A stretch of DNA of 64,000 nucleotides from Deltaproteobacteria bacterium (GTDB lineage: Bacteria > Myxococcota_A > Polyangia > Fen-1088): positions 96,001-160,000 of the forward strand of contig JANRKS010000001.1 of the NCBI GenBank assembly GCA_033763315.1. Reading direction: 5' to 3'. The translations under genes were made by a program, and so were the position numbers. Below, in pieces: positions 37,676 through 47,749 of this stretch. The first letter of the stretch is position 1. Every line of letters begins with the position of its first letter. Below the pieces are notes generated by a model, which saw nothing but the letters and a program-made list of their open reading frames with translations, had not been told where the DNA came from and did no database searches.

Positions 37676-38538
37676 TCACTTCCATCTTTAAGTCGCAAAT
37701 CTATTCCACGCTTCGCCTCCGCATTTTTGGCGTGGCTTGCGCGTTTCACGCCTTGCTTCTTGCCGTGTGCATAGCTGCACCGGCGGCCGCCGCGCCCAAG
37801 AAGGAGCTCAAAAGAGATCCCAAAGAGGACGAAGCCGAGCAGCTGATTCAACAGGGAATCAAACTGCGACGGGTGGGGCGCGATGATGCGGCTCTTGAAC
37901 GATTTGATCGCGCCTTCAATCTGGTTCCATCACCGCGCGCCGCCGCCCAAAAAGGCCTGTGCTTGCAGGCGTTGGGGCGTTTCACCGAGGCTGAAGATCT
38001 TTTGGCCAATTCATTGGAAGGCGATGGCGATCCGTGGGTTCAGAAGAATCGAAGCACAATCAAAGACTCACTTGAAGATGTGAAGACGAAGATCGGGCGC
38101 TTCGAGATCTCAGGTACACCGCTTGGCGCTCAAGTGCTTGTTGATGGCCGCGTGGTGGGGCAGCTGCCTTTGCAGGGCATGGTTCGCATCAACGCAGGAC
38201 CCGCAACGCTTGAAGTGCAGGCCGACGGCTACATCGCGGAACGCAACAACCTTGCGGTGGAAGGCGCCAGCTTTCGCCGGCTTGAGTTTCGCTTGAAGAA
38301 GGACGTTGCATTGGTTGCCGCACCCCTTCCTGCCAACGAGGGCACAGCTGAAGCTGGCGCGCTCTCGGTGCGCGCCGAACCCATAGATTCCGATGCAGAA
38401 GGAAAGCCCGTTTATAAGAAGGCTTGGTTTTGGGGTGTGGTTGGTGCAACCGTCGTCGCGGGCGTGGTGGCGGCCGTGCTTCTATCGGGGGGCCAGTCGG
38501 CTAGCGGGCCCATGGCCAACGAAAAGTTGGACCTTTAG
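37672..38538 (+). CDS. TPR + PEGA domain protein
   Basis: Signal peptide; TPR-like helices; PEGA GTPLGAQVLVDGR..ADGY; C-terminal PVYKKAWFWGVVG TM segment. Confidence 0.85.
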   Translation: MFTSIFKSQIYSTLRLRIFGVACAFHALLLAVCIAAPAAAAPKKELKRDPKEDEAEQLIQQGIKLRRVGRDDAALERFDRAFNLVPSPRAAAQKGLCLQALGRFTEAEDLLANSLEGDGDPWVQKNRSTIKDSLEDVKTKIGRFEISGTPLGAQVLVDGRVVGQLPLQGMVRINAGPATLEVQADGYIAERNNLAVEGASFRRLEFRLKKDVALVAAPLPANEGTAEAGALSVRAEPIDSDAEGKPVYKKAWFWGVVGATVVAGVVAAVLLSGGQSASGPMANEKLDL

Positions 38539-38611
38539 TTCTTAACTCTCTTTGGGCGTGAAGGCGTTGTTGATTCATCTTCCCGCTGGAACGTTCGAGC
38601 TGCGCAAAGCG

Positions 38612-38794
38612 CAGGGGGCCACCAAGCCCGCCTTCGTTAAAGCCCTTTTGGATCACGGTGCCGATCCCAACCTTGTGGGGGCGGATGGTTTAAGGCCGCT
38701 GGATTACGCTTATGAAAACAAGCAGTCGGCTGAGAAGATCGCGTTGTTGATCGAGCGAGGCGCCAAGACGAAAAAGTATGCAGAGCCCCTCTGA
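38612..38794 (+). pseudogene. C-terminal remnant of an ankyrin-repeat protein
   Basis: FVKALLDHGADPNLVGADGLRPLDYA...LLIERGA with no credible start. Confidence 0.65.
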
Positions 38795-39221
38795 TGCCGA
38801 GATCGAGCGGTTGCGGCAAAACGAGGGGAGCATTCTTGGCCAGGGGCGCTTTTCTGAGATGGGCAAGCGTCGGTGCAAGCTGTCAGTCAGCGTTCCCAAC
38901 GGCTCAACGTTCATCGCAGGCAGTGAAGAGTGGAGCATGCAACTTGGCACCCCCATGACCATCACGGCGCGGTGTTTGGAGGGCCGCGTGTTTCATTGGG
39001 CGTTGCTCACTGGTGGGATTCTGCTTCCCAAAGGCATCAACAACGCCATGATCGATGGCGTCACCGAAGTCACCATCACGATCGTCAAGCCCGTGTCAAG
39101 CGTGCCGCTGGTGTTTTTTGTGTCAGACCGAAGCGTTATGAACCTTGCCGCCGCTGTGGAAAAGGGCGATGCCAAACCTGCCGGCATGCGCGTGGTGACA
39201 GCAGGCAACGCCGCGAACTAA
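38778..39221 (+). CDS. hypothetical protein
   Basis: 147-aa ORF overlapping the ankyrin remnant; no motif recognised. Confidence 0.4.
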   Translation: MQSPSDAEIERLRQNEGSILGQGRFSEMGKRRCKLSVSVPNGSTFIAGSEEWSMQLGTPMTITARCLEGRVFHWALLTGGILLPKGINNAMIDGVTEVTITIVKPVSSVPLVFFVSDRSVMNLAAAVEKGDAKPAGMRVVTAGNAAN

Positions 39222-39277
39222 GTGCGCACGGTCAGCGATCTGACTTGGTGGAAATGTGGCGGTGGCGTTCGGCATGT

Positions 39278-39637
39278 TCATCGTGGCAACGAGTTTGCGA
39301 AGTCTGCAAAGGGGATGAACTCGACGTCGCGTCGCTGCAATCTTCGCTGGCCTTGAAACACCACGATCTTCCTAGTAATGGCAGCGCGTTGGGACAACGC
39401 TTTCATCCCACTGGCTCAAAAGCTCGTGGGTTCGGCTCCCGACTTAACCTCAATCGCCCATGGTTCGTCATCAATTGTAAGGACGAAGTCGATTTCAGCG
39501 TCGTGGCGCGTGCGAAAGTGAAAGACCTTCGCGTCGGGCCCCGCACGACGGTGCAACTCGAAGGCGACGAGGTGTTCCAACAGAATGCCCCGGTCGTCCG
39601 GCGCGATCGCGGGTAATATGCCGGCATTCTTACCCAC
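39278..39637 (-). pseudogene. AAA ATPase / DUF4143 C-terminal remnant with internal stop
   Basis: GILLEHLVAFEL..FRTRHDAEIDFV..AIEVKSG, TGA at 39416-39418, then the same frame continues ASGMKAL..KIVVFQG..VEFIPF; ATPase half missing. Confidence 0.8.
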
Positions 39638-39839
39638 GCAAAGGAATGAAGCAGTGCGACAGTACGGCTAGTGGCGCCTCGGGGACGGTTATGCGCGTTC
39701 GCCGAGAGGAGTCGCAGTCGAGGGATTCGTCAGGGCTCCTACATGCGGTCAGGGTGTGGGTCAAGTAGCGGCTGGCGTGCCCCGTGCACGGGTGAGGCCG
39801 TCCCCTTGACGAGGCCACGTGGCGTGGGATGTATCCGTG

Positions 39840-40895
39840 ATGGCGCGCGGATCAATGGCGAAGGAGGGTGGGGCTCTGGTGGGGGCGCTGCAGGTTCCTT
39901 CGTTGTTGCAAACGCTGGCAGCTTTGCAGGCACAAGAGCAGCGGTGGTGCAGCAAGGTAACGCGCGTGCGGGCGCAGGTGGAGAAGCTTGACGCTCGCCT
40001 GGCCGCGGTGGCCGAGAAGCTGCGGGAGGTAAGCGCTCCGCACATTGATATTTGCCATGAGCTTGATGACAAGCTTCATGGCGTGTTCGCCACGCTGTTG
40101 GCTCCCGAAAGCGGTTTAAGGGGTCGCGCCCGCGCGCAGATCAAGCGGCTCTATGAAGAGTTGCAGTGCAACGCATTCTTGAGCGATCGGATGGACATCG
40201 ACTGTCTTGATGCGCCGGCGTTTTTTGATTTTCCTGATATGCCGCCGCCGTGTGGTGCCCTGCCGCCAGCACACAAGGGCAGGCAGAAGCAGGCCAGCCG
40301 TGATTTGTTTCGCAAGTTGGCCGAAACCCTTCATCCCGACAAGAGCCACGACAACGAGACGCCCGCGCAGCGCGCTTTGCGCGAGGAAGCCATGAAGGCC
40401 GCAAGCGTGGCCTACCAGCAGGGCGATCTTGGCCGCTTGCTTTCGATCGAGAAGATGTGGCTGTCGGGGCGGCCGGCGGCCACCGTGACGGATGTGGACG
40501 ACGCGCAAGCGCGCTGTGAAGCCATCAAAGCGCGCATCGCTGATCTGATTGAACAAGAGAAGGCGCTGCGGCTTGAGCTGCGCCACTTGCGGATGGAGCC
40601 CGAGAACGATCTGCTGCGTGACATCGCGCGCGCGGGCGAAGCGGCTGTGTTCGCAAATGTGGCGCAGCAGCTCGTGGATGACGCGCAGGAATTGCGGCGT
40701 GCGATCCGACGGGGGCAAGACTTCGCCGCCAAGCGAATATCGTTGGGTGATTTCTTGATGTCGTTTCCTCAGGCGGAGGAAGACGAAGACCTAACGATGG
40801 AGGATTTGCAGGCGTTTTTTGATATGCACGCACGCGCTCCCGCACGTCCGCCCCGCAAGCGAAATCCTGCGGGCAAAGCAAAACGGAAGCGGTAG
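39840..40895 (+). CDS. coiled-coil protein with internal J-domain
   Basis: LFRKLAETLHPDK...MKAASVAYQQGDL. Confidence 0.75.
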   Translation: MARGSMAKEGGALVGALQVPSLLQTLAALQAQEQRWCSKVTRVRAQVEKLDARLAAVAEKLREVSAPHIDICHELDDKLHGVFATLLAPESGLRGRARAQIKRLYEELQCNAFLSDRMDIDCLDAPAFFDFPDMPPPCGALPPAHKGRQKQASRDLFRKLAETLHPDKSHDNETPAQRALREEAMKAASVAYQQGDLGRLLSIEKMWLSGRPAATVTDVDDAQARCEAIKARIADLIEQEKALRLELRHLRMEPENDLLRDIARAGEAAVFANVAQQLVDDAQELRRAIRRGQDFAAKRISLGDFLMSFPQAEEDEDLTMEDLQAFFDMHARAPARPPRKRNPAGKAKRKR

Positions 40896-40927
40896 CTGAT
40901 GTTGAAGGCCTGCTTCTTGAAGAAGGC

Positions 40928-41947
40928 TTAAGGGCTTTGCCAGGTGGCAAGTTCAAGCGAGCGAAACAACGCGTCCAAAACACGCGCGTTTAGCAGAGCG
41001 TCGTTCACGTCGTTCTCGTGCGGCGTGTTCTCGCGAACGCTGCGGCTGAACGCTTCGGCTTGAAGCATGTACTGATCCACAGCGGGAAATAGCACTTCTT
41101 TTTTTCCTGCGCCGAACACGTCGTGACCGGGATCCAACCACACGCGGCACGCTTGATCAGGTGGCGCATTAAATGGGATCTCGATTTCGATACGGCCGAG
41201 CGTGCCAAGGATCTGCACCCGCTGGTAGGGCACATGCTGCGTTCCCACCGTGAAGGTGGCATGCGCATCACCGAAATCAAGCATGCCTGACGTCAGTCGA
41301 TCCACGCCTGACTGTGGATCGCGATCGCATGTGGCGATCACCCGCAGTGGCTCGCGCGCCAAGATAAAGCGTGCGGTGTTCACTGGATAACAGCCAATGT
41401 CGTAAAGCGCGCCGCCGCCGATGTCGCGCTGGTTGCGGATGTTGCCGGCGTCAGTGTTGGTGTATGAGAACGCACACGTCAACGATCGCACGGCGCCGAT
41501 GCGCCCCTTTTGCACCCACGTGCGCGCCGCTTGCCATTGTGGATGGGTGCGCACCATAAACGCCTCGGCAAGCAAACGGCCGGTCGTGCGTTGAGCTTGC
41601 GCGAGCGGCGCCAACTGTTCGGCTGAAAGCGCGATTGGCTTTTCGCACAACACGTGTTTGCCCGCGTTCAGCGCCGCCACCGCCCACGGCACGTGTAGAT
41701 GATTGGGCAGCGGAATGTAGACGGCTTCCACAGTCTCATCAGCCAGCAAAGCCTCATAGCTGCCCATGGCGTTGGCAATGCCTAAAGCCCCGGCGGCCGT
41801 TTGTGCTTTCGCCAAATCGCGGGAGGCCAGCGCCACCACGTGGACCAAAGGCGATTTCATCATGCCCGGCACGGATTTCGTTTGAGCGAAGCGGCTTGCG
41901 CCTAAGATGCCCCACCGAACGGGCGAAAGGGAGGTTGATGTGGTCAT
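40928..41947 (-). CDS. Gfo/Idh/MocA oxidoreductase
   Basis: WGILGAS, YIPLPNHLH, CEKP, GGALYDIGCY. Confidence 0.92.
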   Translation of the reverse strand: MTTSTSLSPVRWGILGASRFAQTKSVPGMMKSPLVHVVALASRDLAKAQTAAGALGIANAMGSYEALLADETVEAVYIPLPNHLHVPWAVAALNAGKHVLCEKPIALSAEQLAPLAQAQRTTGRLLAEAFMVRTHPQWQAARTWVQKGRIGAVRSLTCAFSYTNTDAGNIRNQRDIGGGALYDIGCYPVNTARFILAREPLRVIATCDRDPQSGVDRLTSGMLDFGDAHATFTVGTQHVPYQRVQILGTLGRIEIEIPFNAPPDQACRVWLDPGHDVFGAGKKEVLFPAVDQYMLQAEAFSRSVRENTPHENDVNDALLNARVLDALFRSLELATWQSP

Positions 41948-41993
41948 AAGGGCTTCAGTTTCGCCAAAACTCGCCGACACGAGAAGGGGGACC

Positions 41994-42935
41994 ATGAAAA
42001 AACGGATGTTCAGGCAACGGGGTCTTTGTGGTGCAGGCGTTTTTGCGGCTTCTTTGTGGTTGGCCGCAGGTTGTGGTGGCGACGGCAAGGATCCCCAGGT
42101 TCCTGACGCCGCTGGCGCTGACGGACCCACCGGCGTTACCCGCGGCATGTTGTTGGTGAGCAACAGCGACGAACGTGGCGCGGCCCGTGTGGGCTCGGCC
42201 GTGTCGGGCGCCGACGTGTTGTTAATTGATGCGAAGACGCAACGGCCCGTGGTTGGGGCGCGGGTTGAGGCGGTTGAGCAGGTTGAAGGGTTTTTTGTGC
42301 GCGTATCGCGCGACGAAGCCGGATACGAACCCGAGGTGCTGCAAGTGCCGCGCGGCGGCCGCGCCACCGTATCGATCAACCCAAGCACCCCCGACATTCG
42401 CAGCCGCGGTCTGCAGGTGGGCGTGCAAGTGTTTGATGAGGATTATTTGGGTGAGGGCGACATCACCGCGGTGTTGGGCTTTGCCAAAACGCAGAACCGG
42501 CCGAGCGTCGTGTTTGTGCCACAGCTGCCTGCCGATAGCGTGGTGGGCGTGCAACGGTTCCGCGCGTATAAGGCCACCGTGCCGGGCACCTTGTTGGCGG
42601 TGCTTGCCGACGGCAGCGCCGCTGCCACCAACGGATCGGTCGTGCGTGGGCGCGGCCAAGTGGTGGGTACCCAGGGCATCGCGCGCGCTGGTGTGCCGGT
42701 GCAAGGCGAACAAGTGCAAAACGCCGCGCGTACACGGCAGGCGGTGATGACCGCGCCGCCCGCCCCCAAAGCCGTGGCGGTGACGCCGCCCGACGCCGCC
42801 GGTGCGGCGATGCTTTCGTGGAACGTTGACGACAGTATGGGGATCCTCATCGGTTTCGATGTGGGCGTGGACACCACGGTGCCGAACAAGCGCGTGGGCA
42901 AGATGATACGCAGCTTGCCCGTGAAGGTGCAGTGA
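41994..42935 (+). CDS. lipoprotein, possibly the N-terminal part of a split gene
   Basis: Lipobox AAGC; beta-rich; ends within an FN3-like segment. Confidence 0.65.
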   Translation: MKKRMFRQRGLCGAGVFAASLWLAAGCGGDGKDPQVPDAAGADGPTGVTRGMLLVSNSDERGAARVGSAVSGADVLLIDAKTQRPVVGARVEAVEQVEGFFVRVSRDEAGYEPEVLQVPRGGRATVSINPSTPDIRSRGLQVGVQVFDEDYLGEGDITAVLGFAKTQNRPSVVFVPQLPADSVVGVQRFRAYKATVPGTLLAVLADGSAAATNGSVVRGRGQVVGTQGIARAGVPVQGEQVQNAARTRQAVMTAPPAPKAVAVTPPDAAGAAMLSWNVDDSMGILIGFDVGVDTTVPNKRVGKMIRSLPVKVQ

Positions 42936-45900
42936 TCCCCGAGCGCGACGGCGCCATGTACATTGCCGCGCAAGCGGATCCGCAAGCCTTGCTGTCGGAA
43001 TCAAATGCGAAAGACAATTTGGGCTTGATGCCTTTGCTGGTCGAGCCTGTGGGGCGCAACCGCGCGCCCGTGTTGTCGGTGTCGGCTACCAACGAAGGCG
43101 CAGCGGTCAAGCGCGGGCGGCCTGTGGCTTTGGGGGCCACCGCTTATGATGCCGAAGAAGGCGACATCTCGAGCCGCATTGTGTGGACCTCAAGCTTGGA
43201 CAAGTATCTTGGCCAAGGCGCGAACGTATCGTTGGCAACGCTTTCGCGCGGCAAACACCGTTTGCGCGCCACCGTGCGCGACGAAGGCGTTGTGATGGCG
43301 CCCGCGCCTTACGACAACGATCGCATGCCGGGCAAAGGCCGCGGCTTTGGTTTGTTGTGGCCACTTAAGCAAGCGCCCATGTGGGCCGCTGATATGGAGG
43401 CGCCGGAGCAAGTGGTGGGCGAATTTGAAATCGAAGTGGTGGATGATTCGTTGCCTGTCAATTCGCCACCGAGCGTCTCGGCAGGCCCGGGTCTTACGAC
43501 CTCTGTTGGCGTGCCAGGCATGCCGTTGGCCACGGCCACCGACGCCGATCAGGATCCCCTCACGATCAAGTGGCAAGCGTTCTTGGACGCCAACGAAGTG
43601 GCCCTGCAAGACGCCAGCACGTTGTCACCCAAGCTGATCGCGGGATCGGCTGGCGTGTACCGCCTGATCTTGGAAGTCAGTGACGGCAAAGACGTGAGCA
43701 AAGATGAAGTGGCCGTCACGGTGGTGGCCAACAACGATGCCCCCACGCTACAGGTCTCGCTGCCACCTATGGCAACCGTGGGAGTGCCTGTGCTTGCGAT
43801 TGTGCAAGCCAACGACGTCAACGGCGATCCGCTCACGATTTCGTACGAACTAAAGAAGCCGTTGCAAAGCAAGGCCGTGGTGCAGGCGGAAGGCCTGGGC
43901 ATGCCATCCTTCATTCCCGACCTGCCAGGCGTATACACGTTGGGCGTGTTGGCCGATGATGGCCGCGGCGGCAAGGGCAAAGGCCTTGCCGAGACCACCG
44001 TTGTGGGTGTGGCGATGCCTGACGCGGGCGCTGTTGTGGACGCAGGCGTGCCTGACGTGCGCGTGACGCCCGACGCACCGTTGGCCATGAACGTTGCGCT
44101 TGGCTCAAGCTGTAGGCAAAGCGTTGAATGTGGATCGGGGTTCTGTGTCGATGGCGTGTGTTGCGCTTCGGCTTGCGTGGGCTTGTGCCAATCCTGTGCG
44201 CTGCCAGGTATGCAAGGCACCTGCGTGGCGGCCAGCGTGGGGCAAAACCCAGACAACGATTGCCCCGCAGGTTCAAGCTGCAATGAGCTGCGCCAATGCG
44301 GACCATTCCTTGTTCGGCCGGGATCCACGTTGGTGGCCGCAGGCAATGTGAGCCTCGTGGGACGAGGCACATGGCGCGTGGGTGGCGATCCCCATGAGCA
44401 TTCCGGTGCCACATGCGACGCGGCGAGTGGTTTGTGTTTGCTCGCTGTTTCATTGCCGAATATGTCGACGTTCGCGCGGCTCGTGGCTGTGTCGATCAAC
44501 AACCCACAAGCCACGCCGATCACTTTGGCTGAGAACGTGAACCCTTACGATGGCTCCTCAGGGTTCCAGCAAGGCGTGGTGCTTGGTTCCGACATTCAAG
44601 GCGTGCGCTTCGCCTGGAAACCCGGCTGGGCGGCGCCGCAGTTCATCTCCACAGGCTTTGTTTATGAATGCCGTGTGGCGCCCGATGGCAACAGCGTGGC
44701 GTGTTTGATGAATCAACGTGAGGATGGCACGGGATTCACCTTCGATGTGGCCGTGGGGCCCTTATCAAGTGGTGGCAACTTACCGGCTGTTGTGGGCACC
44801 GTTCACGCAGATTCGATTGCTTCATCAAGTGTGCAAATGCAGTTTAGCCCCGACGGCCAAAGGTTGTTTGTGTTGGGCGCGCGTCAAGCCGGTGCGGTGC
44901 CATCAATCCGTTGGTGGTCCGTGACCGGTGGCAACGAAAACGTCATCATCGAGGAAGTCAGCTTGGGCGCGCAGATGGAGATCTCCGTGGATGGCAAGCG
45001 CATCGCGTTTACTCGTCTTGCGGTGGCAAGCCAAACCGGGCCCAGCATCGGCACGCTTGCGTTTGCCGCGACCACGGGTGCACCGAACGTGACGAGTTTG
45101 GATCAGAACGTCTCGGGCTTTGGGTTCATCACCAACGGCGCGCTGGCGTACATCAAAGCGATCGACGCAACGGCTTTGGGTGAAATTCGCACGTTTGCTG
45201 ATGTGGCAACCGGCGTGAGTTCGCCCGTCGTTGATAAGGTTCTGCAGGATTCGGTGCGCCTGTCACGTGATGGAACGCGTATGGCCCTCCTGCGAGAGAC
45301 CAACGGCAATGCGATCTCCGAGTTGTGGGTTGGCAGAACGGATGGCGCTGGTTGGTCGATGGTCACCGAGCAACCTGACATTCTGATCGAGAACGGCGAT
45401 GAAGCCTTTTCACCCCAAGGCAGCTGGTTGGTGTGGCGCACAGGGATCTCAGACAGCTTGACGCCGCAGCCTCTGTTCACCACGCGTTTGCCCGTGTCTG
45501 GCACGCCGCTGAACAACCAGGTGGGCCTGGGCGTGCGGCAGTGGGACTTCACGCAAGCCGACGGGTTGATCTCGGTGGGTGACTTCGTCGATTACACCAT
45601 CACCAGTGGCTTGCTGCGGATCTATGATGGCAGCATCATTCCCGGAAAAGTGGTGCAAAGCCACGTGGGCGAGCGCTTCGCGATCGTCAACGACAAGATC
45701 TTGTTCTTGATCACGGGCGATGCCAACGCCAATGGCGCTTACGTGGTTGATTTGGCGCAGCCACCGCCCATGTCGACATGCGATCCGATTTTGCAGATGG
45801 GCTGTTCGGCAGGCAACCGATGCACGCTTGCGGGCGCCGGCGATGTTGCCGCTTGCACGCCGGCAGGCACCGTGCCACTGGGCTCCGCCTGCGCACCAGC

Positions 45901-46126
45901 TGCGCCGTGTGCCATCGGCTTGCAATGCGTGAACAATGTGTGCGCGCGTCTGTGCGAAGTTGGCAAATCAACGTGCCCCGCAAACGCGCCCGCGTGTCAG
46001 GTGGCGCCGGGCAATGCACGCTATGGCACCTGTGTTGCGGCCGCTGTGCCGCCGCCCGACGCCGGCGTGCCGGTGACGTTCGATGCCGGTGTGGTGGTCA
46101 CGGCCGACGGCGGCGCGCCCCTTTAA
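42932..46126 (+). CDS. large extracellular-type protein: Ig/PKD domains, Cys-rich repeats, TolB-like propeller
   Basis: DAEEGDIS..WTSSLD, DADQDPLT..W, FSPDG repeats, CVDGVCC, CDPILQMGC; no signal peptide. Confidence 0.75.
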   Translation: MIPERDGAMYIAAQADPQALLSESNAKDNLGLMPLLVEPVGRNRAPVLSVSATNEGAAVKRGRPVALGATAYDAEEGDISSRIVWTSSLDKYLGQGANVSLATLSRGKHRLRATVRDEGVVMAPAPYDNDRMPGKGRGFGLLWPLKQAPMWAADMEAPEQVVGEFEIEVVDDSLPVNSPPSVSAGPGLTTSVGVPGMPLATATDADQDPLTIKWQAFLDANEVALQDASTLSPKLIAGSAGVYRLILEVSDGKDVSKDEVAVTVVANNDAPTLQVSLPPMATVGVPVLAIVQANDVNGDPLTISYELKKPLQSKAVVQAEGLGMPSFIPDLPGVYTLGVLADDGRGGKGKGLAETTVVGVAMPDAGAVVDAGVPDVRVTPDAPLAMNVALGSSCRQSVECGSGFCVDGVCCASACVGLCQSCALPGMQGTCVAASVGQNPDNDCPAGSSCNELRQCGPFLVRPGSTLVAAGNVSLVGRGTWRVGGDPHEHSGATCDAASGLCLLAVSLPNMSTFARLVAVSINNPQATPITLAENVNPYDGSSGFQQGVVLGSDIQGVRFAWKPGWAAPQFISTGFVYECRVAPDGNSVACLMNQREDGTGFTFDVAVGPLSSGGNLPAVVGTVHADSIASSSVQMQFSPDGQRLFVLGARQAGAVPSIRWWSVTGGNENVIIEEVSLGAQMEISVDGKRIAFTRLAVASQTGPSIGTLAFAATTGAPNVTSLDQNVSGFGFITNGALAYIKAIDATALGEIRTFADVATGVSSPVVDKVLQDSVRLSRDGTRMALLRETNGNAISELWVGRTDGAGWSMVTEQPDILIENGDEAFSPQGSWLVWRTGISDSLTPQPLFTTRLPVSGTPLNNQVGLGVRQWDFTQADGLISVGDFVDYTITSGLLRIYDGSIIPGKVVQSHVGERFAIVNDKILFLITGDANANGAYVVDLAQPPPMSTCDPILQMGCSAGNRCTLAGAGDVAACTPAGTVPLGSACAPAAPCAIGLQCVNNVCARLCEVGKSTCPANAPACQVAPGNARYGTCVAAAVPPPDAGVPVTFDAGVVVTADGGAPL

Positions 46127-47589
46127 GTGTTGTCGCGGTATGTGTTTGGATCCAAGCCGTACCGCATGAGCGTTCGATGAACCACGGCCCATTGCCGATC
46201 TAAGGCGCGCGCCACACTGGAAACGCTGCCCTTGTGCTGCACCAAGAGCGACTGCAACTCGTCCTTGGTGGGCATGGGCCGCCGCAGCTTGCGGCCGGCT
46301 TCTCCGTTGTCGTCGCTGTCATCCAACGTTTGCGCCGGTGCTGGGGGAGCGGGCGATGGCACCGAGCGCACGTGGCCTGACATGGATTGTGGCAAATGCG
46401 CCAAGCCGATGCGGGCATCGTTGACCGCATAAAGCCGCGCCTCGCGAATCACCTTCTCAAGCTCGCGCACATTGCGCGGCCACGCATAAAGCCACAACGC
46501 CAAGAATGCCGCGGGTTCGATCTCCATCCCCGCGCCACCCGAGGATGCCAAAAGGTGTGCGACCAACGGCCCAAGATCTTCGGGGCGCTCGCGCAATGGT
46601 GGCAAGCGAATGGGCTCGCCGCCCAACCGTCCCAGCAAATCAGAACGCAACGCCGGGCCCATTTCCGCCACCACGGCGTCAAACATGGTTTGGCTTGTGG
46701 CTGCGACAAACCGTGTGTCGAGCCGCCGCGACGTGGTGGCGCCGAGCGGGGTGAACTGGCGTGTTTGAATGAACCGTAGGATCTTCGCCTGCGCGGCCGA
46801 CGGCATGTCACCGATCTCGTCCAACAATAAAGTGCCGCCGCTGGCTTCTTCGATGAGACCTTTTTTCGCTTGGCCCGCTTGTGAGTGTGCGCCGCGCACG
46901 TAGCCGAACAGTTCGCTTTCGAGGAGTTCGCCCGGGACCGCGGCGCAATTGATCGGAACGAACGGACCTTTGCGGCCACTGGCGGCGTGCAACGCGCGCG
47001 CATAAACCTCTTTGCCCACGCCCGTCTCGCCCACCAGCAACACTTCTTCGTGGCTGGGAGCCAAGCGCCGCAAGCGGCTTAACATGCGCACCATTCGCGG
47101 CGACGCCGAAGGCACGGGACCAAGTGGTGACTCGGCCTCTTCAGTCATTGCCGCCAAGTCGCTGGCATCCACCAACCGGAACACAGCGGCCTGACCGCCG
47201 AACATCAAGAACATGCCGTCGTTCAACCGCACCGGCCCCGTGATCAGGCGTCCGTTCACCAAGGTGCCGTTGGTGCTGCCCAGATCGGTGATGAACCAGT
47301 TATCGGCTTGAAAGGTGATGCGGGCGTGCCGCCCGGACGCCCGGCGGTGAGACACGGCCCAGGTGTGCAGGCCGCCTTCGCCGGTGGGGCGGCGGCCGAT
47401 CTCAAGGCCAGGGCGTGCCAACTCCAACCAGCGCACGGGGCCGGGAGCCCCCGCGTTGGCCGCGTCGCCCGCGTCAATCACAAGTGCATGGCGGCCCGTC
47501 AGAGGCTGCGACGATTCAGCCTCCGTGTGGAAGGTTGGCTCTTCGATTGGGAAAGGCGCCCGAGTGGACATGGAGAACATCAGCCCCAT
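46123..47589 (-). CDS. FHA-domain sigma54-type enhancer-binding protein
   Basis: FHA (IGR, SGRHA, DLGSTNGT); GETGVGKE; LLDEIG; WPRNVREL; HTH; L1 loop GAHSQA. Start may be 47580 or 47571. Confidence 0.9.
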   Translation of the reverse strand: MGLMFSMSTRAPFPIEEPTFHTEAESSQPLTGRHALVIDAGDAANAGAPGPVRWLELARPGLEIGRRPTGEGGLHTWAVSHRRASGRHARITFQADNWFITDLGSTNGTLVNGRLITGPVRLNDGMFLMFGGQAAVFRLVDASDLAAMTEEAESPLGPVPSASPRMVRMLSRLRRLAPSHEEVLLVGETGVGKEVYARALHAASGRKGPFVPINCAAVPGELLESELFGYVRGAHSQAGQAKKGLIEEASGGTLLLDEIGDMPSAAQAKILRFIQTRQFTPLGATTSRRLDTRFVAATSQTMFDAVVAEMGPALRSDLLGRLGGEPIRLPPLRERPEDLGPLVAHLLASSGGAGMEIEPAAFLALWLYAWPRNVRELEKVIREARLYAVNDARIGLAHLPQSMSGHVRSVPSPAPPAPAQTLDDSDDNGEAGRKLRRPMPTKDELQSLLVQHKGSVSSVARALDRQWAVVHRTLMRYGLDPNTYRDNT

Positions 47590-47596
47590 CAGGGGA

Positions 47597-47618
47597 AGTC
47601 ATATGTGACTCATATGAC
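47597..47618. promoter_or_regulatory. AGTCA/TGACT palindrome cluster, candidate UAS/operator
   Basis: AGTCATATGTGACT overlapping GTCATATG-N5-CATATGAC; same motif as 1747-1781. Confidence 0.6.
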
Positions 47619-47713
47619 ACCCAGTTGACAATGCCCGGCGTTGCGAAAGCCCAGCAAAGTTACAAACGCGCGATTTCATTGGCGCGAGCGACTTTGACAG
47701 CGCCGGCCACGTT

Positions 47714-47729
47714 TGGCCCGGCTTTTGAA
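47714..47729 (+). promoter_or_regulatory. sigma54-like promoter (non-consensus -12)
   Basis: TGGCCC-GGCTT-TTGAA; correct spacing, but GA instead of GC. Confidence 0.45.
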
Positions 47730-47749
47730 GTGAGCGGTCGCGAGGCTTT

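Noticed and set aside
39416-39418. In-frame TGA as possible selenocysteine or readthrough
   Set aside because: Gene is also 5'-truncated and the position is not a Cys site; pseudogene is the simpler explanation
27000-39700. Prophage or IS-bounded genomic island
   Set aside because: No integrase, transposase, phage gene or tRNA target, and host-type genes are interspersed
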